The notes under the pieces: model-generated | Database searches by the model: none | The model's input: the letters and a program-made list of their open reading frames with translations, nothing else | What the model was told of the DNA's origin: nothing | Made by a program: the position numbers and the translations under genes | Shown here: one piece after another, positions 1 to 10,501 of the stretch | How positions within the stretch are numbered: position 1 is the stretch's first letter | Layout: each line of letters opens with the position of its first letter | Assembly (NCBI GenBank): GCA_016720825.1 | Contig: JADKJV010000001.1 | Coordinates: forward strand, 140,930-204,929 | Origin: Chitinophagaceae bacterium | GTDB lineage: Bacteria > Bacteroidota > Bacteroidia > Chitinophagales > Chitinophagaceae | Direction of reading: 5' to 3' | Length of the DNA: 64,000 bases

Positions 1-3000
1 TCAAAATCGAAATAGATATTCCTTGTGTTTGCTTTGATATTAGGAAATATGAAAAATATTTACGCAATAACAAAAAGGAGGATGACAAAGAACTAATTGC
101 TTTATTTAAAATATTCTCTTCGCAATATCTGCTAAAAATAGCAACGCCAAATGACAGTAATACACTTAATGAAAGATTTTACAAAGAGTTGTTGTTACAC
201 ATCATAGGAGTGGAAGAAGCTAAAGAAGGTACTAAAAAAACATAATCAGGCGGAAGAAAGAAAGCGAAACGCCTTCTTCTCTTCTCGAATTGACCATTGA
301 AGGATTAAAAACGGAAGATACTTTTTCACCGTGTTCCTGACATCAAAATTTATGGAGATAATAAAGAAGATCAGACGTTCAATATTGCTCTAGAACTCTG
401 TATTTCCTGGATAAACCGAATTTTATTTCTCAAATTATTAGAAGGTCAACTTATTATATATCATCAAGGAAATAAGAAAGACTATAGCTTTTTAAACTCT
501 GAAATCATCCAAGATTTTGATGAATTGTTTAAGCTATTCCATAAAGTATTAGCCGTAAACATTCCAGACAGAACGGAAGCAGTAAGAAATAAATATAGTA
601 AAGTTCCGTACTTGAATAGTTCGCTTTTTGAGATTAGTGAATTAGAAGATCACACAATAAAAATTAATTCACTTGAAAATGAAGGGATGCTTGAAATCAT
701 TAATTCAACTATTTTAAAGGATGTCAAGAAAAGCGCTGATAAATTAACTACACTCGATTATCTCTTTCAATTCTTGGAAGCTTATGACTTTGCGAGCGAA
801 GGATCAGGAAGAAGTTCAGGAGGATAATAAAATTCTTATAAATGCCTCAGTGCTAGGTAAAAGTATTTGAGAAAATAAATGGTTATAGGACGGTTCTATA
901 TTTACTCCTGCATTTATTACAATGTATTTGTCACGACAATCAATCCGATTAGCAATAGTTGAAAAATTCAATGAAGAATTAGCAGAGCAAGGGCATAGAT
1001 TATTTAATAAGTTTGAAGATATTAGAAATTATACTTCTCGCCTTTTCAAAACCGAAGAAATTATAAAAATTAACGGAATAATAAACCATCACAGATCAAA
1101 TTGGTAATCCTTGAATGCCAAGTTTAATAATGGTAAACCCATTAGTAAGGAAATTCAAAGACTTCAGAAAACACTTTTCCACGAAAACAAATTATTATTA
1201 GAAAACGCTTACAACACATTTGGTGTTGATATTAACACTAAGTCAGTTTTAATTTGTCGCCTTCGTTTGTGGATCGAACTTTTTGAAAAATGCTTTATTA
1301 TAAAGAAAATGACTACAGAACTGAGACACTTCCGAATATTGATATAAATATAAATGTGAAACAGTTTATTAAATCGATTCCCATTGGATGCCGATTTAAG
1401 TGGTTGCTTGAGAAGCATCAAATATATGTATTAAAGCATATAGGTTTTGTGATGATTAAAAAAAAAGAAAAAACTGAGATGTAAAAAGAGGGTTAAATAA
1501 ATAATAGATGCTATTAAAAGCGATTTCAGGACAGAAATATTTACACAGAGATCCTAAATTGCAAGACTTAGGAAAGTTAGCCGTGAGTTTATTGTTAGAA
1601 ATTAATCAAACAAAGCTTTTTAAAGAAAAATCCAAAATCAGAAAAATGCAAGTAAACAAAACAGAAAATAGCTGAAGCTGTAATTAGTAAACTAACAAAG
1701 AAGTTGAAAAAAATAAAAGACAATAACAATTATAAAAATGCGTTTGAATGGCGATTTGAATTTCAAGTACTGAATGATGATGGTGATTTTAAGGTTTTGA
1801 TGTTATTATCTGAAATCCCCTTATTTTTCTATTTCAAAATCAGTCTTTACGCTTATTGGAAAACACTTACCAAACATATGAAACACAGGAGATATTTATT
1901 GCTTATTTTATGAAATGGGAGTGCGCCTTTTAAAAACAATGGAATACTTTATTATATTATTCCAACAAATGGTTAAGGGCTAATTATGGGCAGAGTTGAG
2001 GGAATTTCTTTATATAAAACTAACCCGATTTTTCTTTGACTTTAACTGGTATCAGGTATTTGAAAAGGCATCCGTTGATAGCAACATTTTAGGATTGAAA
2101 AAGTCAAACCCATTAAATAAAGTTTTATCAGCAGTTGCTGAAAAGGATTTTGATATTATTAATCTCGAAAAAATATAGAAACTAATGCTGTTATTGCTTC
2201 CTTTCTGCGAATGAGTATTGGACTATAAAAGATAAAAGCTACACAGAATTAAAAATAAGATTGTTTCTAAAGGAAAACTTTAGAGAAATGGGATTTTAAA
2301 ATAAATTATGGCATAAAAACCGATTGAACGAAGCATTTATTATAAATGAAGAAAAAGAAAGGAATTAATTCAATTAGACAAAAATGAGGAAATCATTAGA
2401 CCTTTAATTCGAGGAAGAGAACGTTGAAAGATATGCCTTTAATTTTCAAAGCTTTACTTAATAAATAGTCACAATGGTATAAAGGAACTAAATATTTCTC
2501 CTGTTAACCTTCCAAATGAATACCCAACTATTTTTCAATACTTATCGCAGTTTAAATCCAAAGCAGAAATAAGAGCTGATAAAGGCGACACTTGGTTTAA
2601 TCTTAGAAACTGAGCTATTTACACGAGTTTGAGAAAGAGAAAATAATTTAGGCAGAAACAATGCGTATTCATAAAACTGGGAATAGAAATTTTCCACGAT
2701 TCGGTTATGACAAAACTGAAATTATTCTGATAAAACAGTGTTTACGGAATAGGTCAACATTGAAATACTTATTGGCTTTTTTTGAACTCTTCAGTTGGAA
2801 GGCTGATAAAAGAATTTGTTACAAAACTAGATACGGGTGGATATATGATGCAAAAAGATTTTTTTGATAAAATCCCCATCTTTGTTCCTACAACAATACA
2901 AGAGATCGAAATAAATATATTGGTTGACAAAATTCTTGAAATTAAACAGCAGAATAAAGACAGCAAAATATATGAAAAGAAAATTGATGAATTAGTTTAT

Positions 3001-3048
3001 GAACTTTACGATTTAACTGCAGAAGAACGAAAAATAATAGAAGGATAA
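1..3048 (+). pseudogene. Decayed type IIG restriction endonuclease / N6-adenine DNA methyltransferase (Eco57I-like); 5' end lies off-window
   Basis: Short ORF fragments in all three + frames carry family hallmarks in collinear order: WINRILFLKLLEGQL (~400-460), VPYLNSSLFE (525-827), DGS.FTPAFITMY (~880-960), GVDINTKSVLICRLRLWIEL (1111-1347), LPNIDINI (1290-1484), NAFEWRFEF followed by a degraded NPPY region (1704-1913), and the C-terminal ELYDLTAEERKIIEG (2782-3048). Many stops and frame changes lie between the fragments. The region is visibly A+T-rich compared with the rest of the window. Confidence 0.7.
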
Positions 3049-3237
3049 CCTATTGAAATAATTCATCAAAAATGGTAAAGAGAAACCCAGCCCAGTAAGT
3101 TAAAAAGCCATTTGAAATGGCAGGGTAAAAGTAAGACAAAAAGCACCCGAAAACAGGGTTAAATTGCTTCCCTTGCCCCTAGACTCCAATATAAAAATGT
3201 AAATAGTTGATATTAAATTGTTTACATGAATTAATTG

Positions 3238-3324
3238 CGGAGACCGAGGGATTCGAACCCTCGATACGGTTTCCCGTATACACACTTTCCAGGCGTGCCT
3301 CTTCAACCACTCGAGCAGGTCTCC
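3238..3324 (-). tRNA. tRNA-Ser (anticodon GGA)
   Basis: The reverse complement folds by hand into a cloverleaf. Acceptor stem GGAGACC/GGTCTCC, anticodon stem CACGC/GTGTG with loop CTGGAAA (anticodon GGA), long variable arm TATACGG-GAAA-CCGTATC, T arm GAGGG-TTCGAAT-CCCTC, discriminator G. CCA is not encoded. Confidence 0.9.
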
Positions 3325-3358
3325 GGAGGGCTGCAAATATAAGGAATCCGGGGCGGTC

Positions 3359-3817
3359 TTACCAGTTATTAGCCTGGTCTTTGTTGAGGCGTTCGCTTAC
3401 ATCTTCGGGCTGGTGTTCCTGCCAGTCGGGGTCATATTTCACGAACCAGGATATCCATAAACTCCGGCTGATACGCATCAGCCAGGGTTGCAGTAAAATC
3501 AATAAAAAGGCATTGACACCCAGCCAGTAAAAAACACTGTTGTCATTTACCGAAATCCCGATTGTCAAGCCCCATAATACCAGGCTCACCACACTCAGGA
3601 ATACCGTAAGTGCATAGCTCACGTAGCTGGTGCCATAATAAAACCCCACTTCCAGTTCCGTTGGCTGGTTGCAGACTTTGCAGCGGGTATTCATCTGCAG
3701 GTTTTTTTTCATGCTGATACTAACACCATTCACAAATAATTTTCCTTCACGGCAACGGGGACAACGGCAGTTTACGGCACTGGTGAAATATCCTCTCCTG
3801 GGTTTTCGCTGGGTCAT
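3359..3817 (-). CDS. DUF983-like membrane protein (N-terminal Cys4 ribbon plus two TM helices)
   Basis: ORF 3359..3874, with the start taken at the internal Met ([11 protein letters not shown]). A CPRC...CKVC motif is followed by two hydrophobic helices, which is the typical DUF983 layout. Confidence 0.65.
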   Translation of the reverse strand: MTQRKPRRGYFTSAVNCRCPRCREGKLFVNGVSISMKKNLQMNTRCKVCNQPTELEVGFYYGTSYVSYALTVFLSVVSLVLWGLTIGISVNDNSVFYWLGVNAFLLILLQPWLMRISRSLWISWFVKYDPDWQEHQPEDVSERLNKDQANNW

Positions 3818-4254
3818 TTTTCGGGATTCCCGGTTTAAATACGGGGCCGCAAAGATACATTTTAATAAGGGCAAAGGGGATGAAAAGCCAGGTCATTTAC
3901 TTTTCCCAAAGTTTGTGAAGCATGAATACGAACAGGAGCCCCGGCAGGAAAGGAACTCGTTGCTTTTTAAGTGAAGTCCGCTGTAATTGATTACCGTCAA
4001 CTACTTGATTCTCAAAATGCGGCTTAACGAACTGCAGCAGTCCAGGACAGGCATTTATCAGCTGATTTCAGAACAGGAAAAACCCAAACAGTGTAACAGG
4101 AAGGTTTTTTTACCCCGGATACTATTTTTCCGTGTCAGTACTGAGCAGTTTCATATAAAAAGCCATTATTTTTATCATTACAAAAGTATACCTGGCAACC
4201 ACACCAGGCAATCAACAAAACCATTCACCCGATAAATATTTAAACTCATAAATC

Positions 4255-5520
4255 ATGATGAAAGTTCATTTTTTTGCAGCATTCCTGCTTTGTTCTGTTC
4301 TGTCCTATTCCCAAAACGTGGGGATTGGCACATCGGTCCCTGCTGCAAAGCTGGATGTAAAAACAACTTCAAATTATGTAGGCCAGTTCAACGGTACCGC
4401 ACCTATGTACATGGGTCTTTTTGAAAGCGATGTATACCGTGGTTACCTGGGTTCTTACTCAGGAAATCCGGAAGATGTTGACTTTGGAACAGGAGCTGGT
4501 AATGCTACAGGAAAACTTCATTTAACGATCCAGGCTGTTCCAAAAGTTACCGTTAATGCATCCGGACAGGTAGGAATCGGAACCACTGTTCCTTCACATC
4601 TCCTGCACATAAACGGTGGCGATTTGTTTGTACAATCCAGCTCAGGCCTGATTCGCTTTGGGTATGCTGGAGCAAATGAATGGCAAATGGCTACTACCGG
4701 CGCTGGTGCTGACCTCAGATGGTATACTACACCTGATGGCGGTACGACAATTACCCCCAGGCATTATTTCAGCCAGAATGGTAATATGGGCGTTGGGGGC
4801 TTTTCAGGACCCGGCGTACCCCTTGGCCGGCTGGATGTAATCGGAGCCGGAACCTCCTCATCAACTAACACATTCCTTTTAAGAAACTCAAACCTTGATA
4901 CCATCCTCCGCGTGCGGGATGATGGCCGGATGGGTATCGGCTATAATGGAACATCCTATGGACGGACTTTGAATATGGGCGGCACGGGTATTAATTTTTA
5001 TACTGCCAACGAAGTTGCCTTTGGTGGCGCTGTTTTCCCTACTGATACTTCTCTTGTTATCTGGTCGAACAGCAATTCCAACAACTACCTGGTGTTACAA
5101 CCCAGCTGGGGCAATACTGGAGTTGGCACTTATACACCCAATGCCAAGTTTCACTTAAATGGCGCCATGCTCATTGGCGGTAATGCTGCACGTACGGCAG
5201 TTGGTTATTCACTGAGTGTAGATGGACAGGTGATATCCGAAGGCTTCACCACATTAAATAGTACCTCATGGCCTGATTATGTTTTTGAAAAAGACTATAC
5301 CCTGCGTCCTTTAGCGGAATTAAAAGAATTTATTTTCGCTAACAAACACCTGCCGGGTATTCCCGATGCAGCAACCATGGAAAAAACTGGGATTAACCTG
5401 GGTGAGATGACTAAAAAACTGACTGAAAAAGTGGAAGAGCTTACTTTATACATCATTGAGCTCGACAGGAAGAATACAGAACTTTCGAAAGAGCTGGAAG
5501 CGGTGAAAAAAAATAAATAG
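4255..5520 (+). CDS. Secreted tail-fibre-like protein (recurring VGIGT..P...L.V.G motifs, C-terminal coiled coil)
   Basis: 421-aa ORF with a signal peptide ending ...SYSQ. It has the N-terminal motif QNVGIGTSVPAAKLDV and internal repeats of the same motif (GQVGIGTTVPSHLLHINGG, GNTGVGTYTPNAKFHLNGA). The body is Gly/Thr/Asn-rich. The C-terminus reads WPDYVFEKDY...NKHLPGIP followed by heptad-like EELTLYIIELDRKNTELSKELE. Paralogous at the N-terminus to 46281..48086. Confidence 0.7.
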   Translation: MMKVHFFAAFLLCSVLSYSQNVGIGTSVPAAKLDVKTTSNYVGQFNGTAPMYMGLFESDVYRGYLGSYSGNPEDVDFGTGAGNATGKLHLTIQAVPKVTVNASGQVGIGTTVPSHLLHINGGDLFVQSSSGLIRFGYAGANEWQMATTGAGADLRWYTTPDGGTTITPRHYFSQNGNMGVGGFSGPGVPLGRLDVIGAGTSSSTNTFLLRNSNLDTILRVRDDGRMGIGYNGTSYGRTLNMGGTGINFYTANEVAFGGAVFPTDTSLVIWSNSNSNNYLVLQPSWGNTGVGTYTPNAKFHLNGAMLIGGNAARTAVGYSLSVDGQVISEGFTTLNSTSWPDYVFEKDYTLRPLAELKEFIFANKHLPGIPDAATMEKTGINLGEMTKKLTEKVEELTLYIIELDRKNTELSKELEAVKKNK

Positions 5521-5549
5521 AAACATTTCTTCTTTGGCCTCAAGCCTGA

Positions 5550-5582
5550 AAATGCGAAACAGATTGTTTCGCATTTTTTATT
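5550..5582 (+). terminator. Rho-independent terminator after 4255..5520
   Basis: Stem aatgcgaaaca / tgtttcgcatt with a 3-nt loop, followed by a T run (ttttatttt). Confidence 0.7.
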
Positions 5583-5763
5583 TTGTATAACGTCACGCCG
5601 GATCCCTTGCATTTCCCTAAGCCGCAGCAACAAATATTCCGGAACAGGAGACCCGGCTAAGAAGGCGTCATCGATACATATTCAACTCACCCTAAATAAC
5701 CATACCTGTGATCAGGGAATAAAGCACACAAACATTCACTCCTCCCCTCCCGTTACCTGCCAA

Positions 5764-6252
5764 TCACCGAAACCAGGTATGCTCCAGGTGCATCACCATG
5801 TCTTTATATTTTGTATCACCTTTTATGGTTAAAAAGAAAACAACTTTCGTCACCCTTGACCCATTTTCAGAATGGCTTGAGTAAGTTCCCAGTGGTGTTA
5901 AACTGATACCGCTGATGGCTCCGGTTTCTTCCTGCAGGTACTGGTCATTCATCAGGTTGTTTTTAGCGGCCTGCCAGGCATCCGTCATGGGCATCACTGC
6001 CAGGAAAACGGTCTGTACCAGCAAGATCAGAAAAACAATAACCAGGATAACTTTTTCAGGCATTGCACGCAACTTGTATTTCTCTTTTTCCACCACACGG
6101 TTGTAGAAAAATCCGGTAATCCCTGCCAGCAGCATCATCTCCCCTACCCAACGGCTTTCCCAAAAAAAATACCAGTTCATCACCCGGCAGGCTACCCCGT
6201 AAACAATAAATAATATCCCGGTGAAGAACAGGAAACGGAGTGTGTTATTCAT
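5764..6252 (-). CDS. Hypothetical membrane protein
   Basis: ORF 5764..6276, with the start taken at MNNTLRFLFF. Three or four hydrophobic helices followed by a ~70-aa soluble tail. I recognise no family. Confidence 0.45.
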   Translation of the reverse strand: MNNTLRFLFFTGILFIVYGVACRVMNWYFFWESRWVGEMMLLAGITGFFYNRVVEKEKYKLRAMPEKVILVIVFLILLVQTVFLAVMPMTDAWQAAKNNLMNDQYLQEETGAISGISLTPLGTYSSHSENGSRVTKVVFFLTIKGDTKYKDMVMHLEHTWFR

Positions 6253-6372
6253 GCGCTGAAATTTAATAGTGAACAAACTTTTACCGGGTACGTTCTTCGA
6301 AGCTGCTCTTCGAAACTGTTCTTCGAGACCTCTGGTCGCGAAGTCCTATTCTATCGCCTCCGGCGATAACAA

Positions 6373-7143
6373 CTAATCAAACCGGAATAAATTCTTCGCA
6401 TTCGCCGTAGTAATCCCCGCCATCTCCTCCTGACCCATCTCTTTTACATCAGCCAGTTTCTGGATTACATACTTCAGGTAAGATGGTTCATTCGTTTTGC
6501 CCCGGTACGGAACCGGTGCCAGGTAAGGTGAATCCGTTTCCAGCACTAAAAAAGCAGGATCAATATTTTTTATCGCCGCATCCAACCCTGAGTTTTTGAA
6601 AGTAAGCACACCACCAATCCCCAGGTAAAAACCAAGTTCCGTTATTTTTTGGGCCTGCTCCGCATTACCCGAAAAACAATGGAAGATACCGCGCAGTTTG
6701 CCATGCTGGTATTTCCTGACTGATTCAATACACTCATCCGTTGAATTGCGGCTATGGATCACCAGCGGCAAGTCTTTTTCCAAAGCCCATTCAATCTGCT
6801 CATGGAAAGCCAGGTATTGTTCAGCGTCAAAATTGCGGTCCCAGTAAAAATCAAGCCCCGTTTCACCCACCGCCCAGAACCGGCCTGCATCGAGGTAATC
6901 GCGGGCAATCTTCAGCTCATCCCGGTAATTCGCCTTCACCGAACAGGGGTGCAAACCCATCATGGGGAAACAGGTTTGCGGATACTGGCGGGAAAGACCA
7001 ATCAGGTCCTCATGGGTTTCTGAATCTATAGCCGGCAGAAACACTTTTGCAACACCCTCATTTTCAGCCCTTTTTAACAGCTGCTCCAGGTCGGGCTTCA
7101 TCTCCGGAATGTAAATATGGGCATGGGTGTCAACCAGGATCAT
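6373..7143 (-). CDS. TatD-family metal-dependent hydrolase
   Basis: 256 aa with N-terminal MILVDTHAHIY, internal GETGLDFYW, VIHSR and ETDSPYLAP motifs typical of TatD/YcfH. Confidence 0.9.
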   Translation of the reverse strand: MILVDTHAHIYIPEMKPDLEQLLKRAENEGVAKVFLPAIDSETHEDLIGLSRQYPQTCFPMMGLHPCSVKANYRDELKIARDYLDAGRFWAVGETGLDFYWDRNFDAEQYLAFHEQIEWALEKDLPLVIHSRNSTDECIESVRKYQHGKLRGIFHCFSGNAEQAQKITELGFYLGIGGVLTFKNSGLDAAIKNIDPAFLVLETDSPYLAPVPYRGKTNEPSYLKYVIQKLADVKEMGQEEMAGITTANAKNLFRFD

Positions 7144-7259
7144 TTTTTATATCTTTAGTCCCGTAAAAATCCGTAAAAACTTTAAGAAAGCTTTAAACCT
7201 GAGGCAATAAAAAGCATCCAATTCCCGTCATCTCAATCAACTCCTTAAAACCGACAATC

Positions 7260-8156
7260 ATGAAAAAGAGGTTTAACCTTGTTTCCCTCGCTGCTGTTAT
7301 TTTTTCACTGAGTCTTTTCGTTATCATTTCCTGTACCAAAGAAAAAAGCGGAGATGGTACAAATGCACAGCAGGAAACAGAAGCTTCACAAGTTTCCAGC
7401 CAGGCTGATGGAGAAGCTGAAATCGTATTCAACGATGTTTTCGACAATGCTATGGGCGCCAGCGATGAAGTTGGTGTAGCCGGCGTTGGCGTTTTCGGCA
7501 GGGTTACTGCCTGTCATACTGTAACTGTTACACACCTTACACCCGGCGTTGTATTCCCGATCCGCATCGTCATTGATTTCGGAACTACAGGTTGTATCGG
7601 ACCTGATGGTCGTACACGCCGTGGTAAAATCATTACTGAATATACCGGCCGGTTAATGTATCCCGGAACATCCGCCACTACTACTTTTGATGGCTACTAC
7701 GTCGACAGTGTGCATGTTGAAGGCACCCATAGTATCAGCAATGTAAGCACAGTAAATACCCAACCCATTGTACGCAAGTTTAAGGTGGATGTGGTAAATG
7801 CTAAACTGACCCGCCCGAATGGTAATTATACGAAATGGAACAGCCACAAGACTATCACCCAAATGGAAGGCACTACCACCAACCTCCCGCTTGATGATAT
7901 TTTTAAAGTGGAAGGTTCTGCCAGTGGCCAGGGACTCAGGGGTAACCTCCTTGTAGGCTGGGAATCAGTGATTACCGAACCACTCGTGAAACGTTTTAAC
8001 TGCCGCTGGATCGTAAAAGGGAAAGTAAGAACCGTTCGGGTTAACTCGAATGTGAACAGTCCCTGGGTAGCCCTTTTGGACTTCGGAGCAGGCACCTGCG
8101 ACAACCAGGCAGTGGTTACAATCAACGGAATCCCGCATCAAATTACTTTGCCGTAA
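7260..8156 (+). CDS. Hypothetical lipoprotein
   Basis: 298-aa ORF with a lipoprotein signal (...LFVIISC TKEK). No recognisable catalytic motif. Confidence 0.55.
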   Translation: MKKRFNLVSLAAVIFSLSLFVIISCTKEKSGDGTNAQQETEASQVSSQADGEAEIVFNDVFDNAMGASDEVGVAGVGVFGRVTACHTVTVTHLTPGVVFPIRIVIDFGTTGCIGPDGRTRRGKIITEYTGRLMYPGTSATTTFDGYYVDSVHVEGTHSISNVSTVNTQPIVRKFKVDVVNAKLTRPNGNYTKWNSHKTITQMEGTTTNLPLDDIFKVEGSASGQGLRGNLLVGWESVITEPLVKRFNCRWIVKGKVRTVRVNSNVNSPWVALLDFGAGTCDNQAVVTINGIPHQITLP

Positions 8157-8204
8157 TTAAAAAAATATTATACATTTAAACTAGTTTTCATAGGGTACGG
8201 ATTA

Positions 8205-8243
8205 AAAACGGGCCAGGGTTTCTACCCCGGCCCTAACTTTTTT
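8205..8243. terminator. Bidirectional terminator hairpin between convergent genes
   Basis: Stem GGGCCAGGG/CCCCGGCCC with one mismatch, flanked by an A run upstream and a T run downstream. Confidence 0.5.
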
Positions 8244-8293
8244 ATAGGCGGATATGTTTGTTTAATTGATCACAGACAATAATTCATTCCCTG

Positions 8294-8926
8294 CTAATTG
8301 ATTCCGCCAAAACCCCAGCCTTTCAATTTTATATTTTTCATCACCGCTGGCAGGATCTGCTGCATTTGCGGAAAAGCTTTTTCACTGTCGTGAAACACCA
8401 GGATTGATCCGGGTTTAGTGTGTTTATTCAGCTGCTCTACCGATTTTGAAATACTAACCGAAGGATCAAAATCACCACTCAGCAAATCCCACATGATAAT
8501 TTTTGTATCAGCCCCTAAAACCTTTTTAACAGCCTTTGCCTGCGCTGAACGCAATCTTCCATAAGGCGGCCTGAATAAACGGGAGCTGATTACACGGGCA
8601 GATTTTTTTACATCCTCAATGTATGTATCCAATGGCGTATGCCACCCGTTCTTGTGCGTGTGTGTATGGTTACCGGCACTGTGCCCTTCATCGAGGATGC
8701 GCTTATATATTCCGGGATACTGCTCCACATTCTTTCCGATACAGAAGAAACTGGCCTTCGCATCAAACTCTTTGAGTAAATCAAGCACCCAGGGTGTAAC
8801 AACAGGATGCGGGCCATCATCAAAACTCAGGTACACCTGGTTATCCAATGCAGGTAATCGCCAGATACGTTGCGGATAAATCCACCTCAGCCAGGCCGGC
8901 GTTTTATATAAATAAGGCAATGACAC
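8294..8926 (-). CDS. Polysaccharide deacetylase family protein
   Basis: 210 aa with a GTG start. Contains the LSFDDGPHP and GNHTHTH motifs of the NodB-type deacetylase fold. Confidence 0.85.
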   Translation of the reverse strand: MSLPYLYKTPAWLRWIYPQRIWRLPALDNQVYLSFDDGPHPVVTPWVLDLLKEFDAKASFFCIGKNVEQYPGIYKRILDEGHSAGNHTHTHKNGWHTPLDTYIEDVKKSARVISSRLFRPPYGRLRSAQAKAVKKVLGADTKIIMWDLLSGDFDPSVSISKSVEQLNKHTKPGSILVFHDSEKAFPQMQQILPAVMKNIKLKGWGFGGIN

Positions 8927-8976
8927 GATAGCCGCAAGTTACAAAAGCAAAGCCACCGGGCTTTATCTTTGCAGCA

Positions 8977-10501
8977 ATGGAAAAGAAAATCAGGGTTCGC
9001 TTTGCACCCAGTCCCACAGGCGGTTTACACCTCGGTGGCGTACGCACTGTTTTATACAATTACCTTTTTGCAAAACAAAACAAAGGAACTTTTATTGTAC
9101 GCATTGAAGACACAGACCAGAACAGGTATGTTGACGGTGCCGAAGATTATATTTTCGACTGCCTGAAATGGGCAGGCCTTGAGCCCGATGAAAGCCCGCG
9201 CCACGGCGGCGCATTCGGACCCTACCGCCAGAGTGAAAGAAAAGCCCTGTACAGGGAATATGCAGACAAGCTGGTAGCCGAAGGACATGCTTACTATGCA
9301 TTCGACACTCCCGAAGATCTGGAGCGCATGCGCCAGGATTTCAAAACAGACGAGAACCCTTCTCCCCAATATGATCTTACGATCCGTATGAAAATGCGGA
9401 ACTCACTCACACTTTCACCGGAAGAAACAGCTGCTTTATTACAGGCAGGCACCCGGCATGTAGTCCGTATCAAAATCCCGGAGAACAGGCAGGTTTCTTT
9501 CCATGATATGATCCGCGGGGATGTACAGTTTGACACCCGTGTGGTGGATGATAAAGTATTACTGAAAGCAGATGGCATGCCTACTTACCATCTTGCCGTG
9601 GTTGTTGATGATTACCTCATGCAGATCAGCCATGCATTCCGCGGTGAAGAATGGCTGCCCTCCGCCCCTGTACATATTTTACTCTGGGAATATTTATTCG
9701 GTATTGACCAGATGCCCAAATGGGCACACCTGCCATTGATTCTCGGTCCGCAGGGAAAACTCAGCAAAAGGGATGGCGCCAAATACGGATTCCCCGTATT
9801 CGCCATGAACTGGAATGATCCCAAAACCAAAGAACTCACGGAAGGCTTCCGCGAAAAAGGTTTTTTACCCGAAGCCTTTGTAAACCTGCTCGCATTATTA
9901 GGCTGGAACGATGGCAGTGAAAGGGAAATCTTTACCAAAGATGAACTCGTGGATGCATTTTCCATGGAACGCGTTCACGCTGCCGGCGCCCGCTTCGATT
10001 ATGAAAAAGCCAAATGGTTCAACCACGAATGGATTAAAAAAACAGATGCAGCCGCACTGGCAACACCTGTAAAAAAATTACTGGCTGATGCCGGTGTTCA
10101 CACGGCAGATGATGCTTTAATCAATGTAATAAATGTTGAAGAGAGACCGCTGCTCCCTTCTTCCTGATTTCGTTTCTCAAACTGCCTTCCTTTTCAAAGC
10201 ACCCGATACCTGGGACCTGCCCGCTGTCAAACCCAAATGGAATGAAGCCAAACAGGTTTTCTTCAAACAACTAATCAGCAACTGGTCAGCCACGAATGAC
10301 TGGACCAACACTGTTCTTGAAAATAATTTCCAGACCACTGTTGTGGCCAACCAGTTAAAACCGGGTGAAGTATTACTGCCCCTGCGTATTATGCTTGTTG
10401 GCGGGAAATTCGGTCCGGGTGTATTTGACATTGCCGGCCTGCTGGGAAAAGAAGAAACCCTGCAGCGGATAGAAAAAGCCCTCGTGGCCTTCAACGCCTG
10501 A
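8977..10501 (+). pseudogene. gltX: Glutamate--tRNA ligase; frame broken near 10130-10136 (one extra nucleotide as assembled)
   Basis: ORF 8977..10167 has class I motifs (RFAPSPTGGLHLGG; KLSKRDG). ORF 10133..10501 in the next frame continues the canonical C-terminus (LKRDRCSLLPDF...LRIMLVGGKFGPGVFDI...LQRIEKAL). Total span is 1525 nt, which is 3n+1. Confidence 0.9.

Noticed and set aside
1-3048. Treating the R-M fragments (for example 525..827, 1111..1347, 2782..3048) as separate small functional genes or an orphan methylase
   Set aside because: No fragment contains a complete catalytic domain. The NPPY region and the SAM-binding region are each interrupted. The fragments are collinear pieces of one ancestral ORF.
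3207-3530. A 107-aa + strand ORF, and a 78-aa minus-strand ORF at 3100..3336, both overlapping the tRNA-Ser gene
   Set aside because: They run through a well-folding tRNA and into the opposite-strand DUF983 gene. They have no start context or homology signal.
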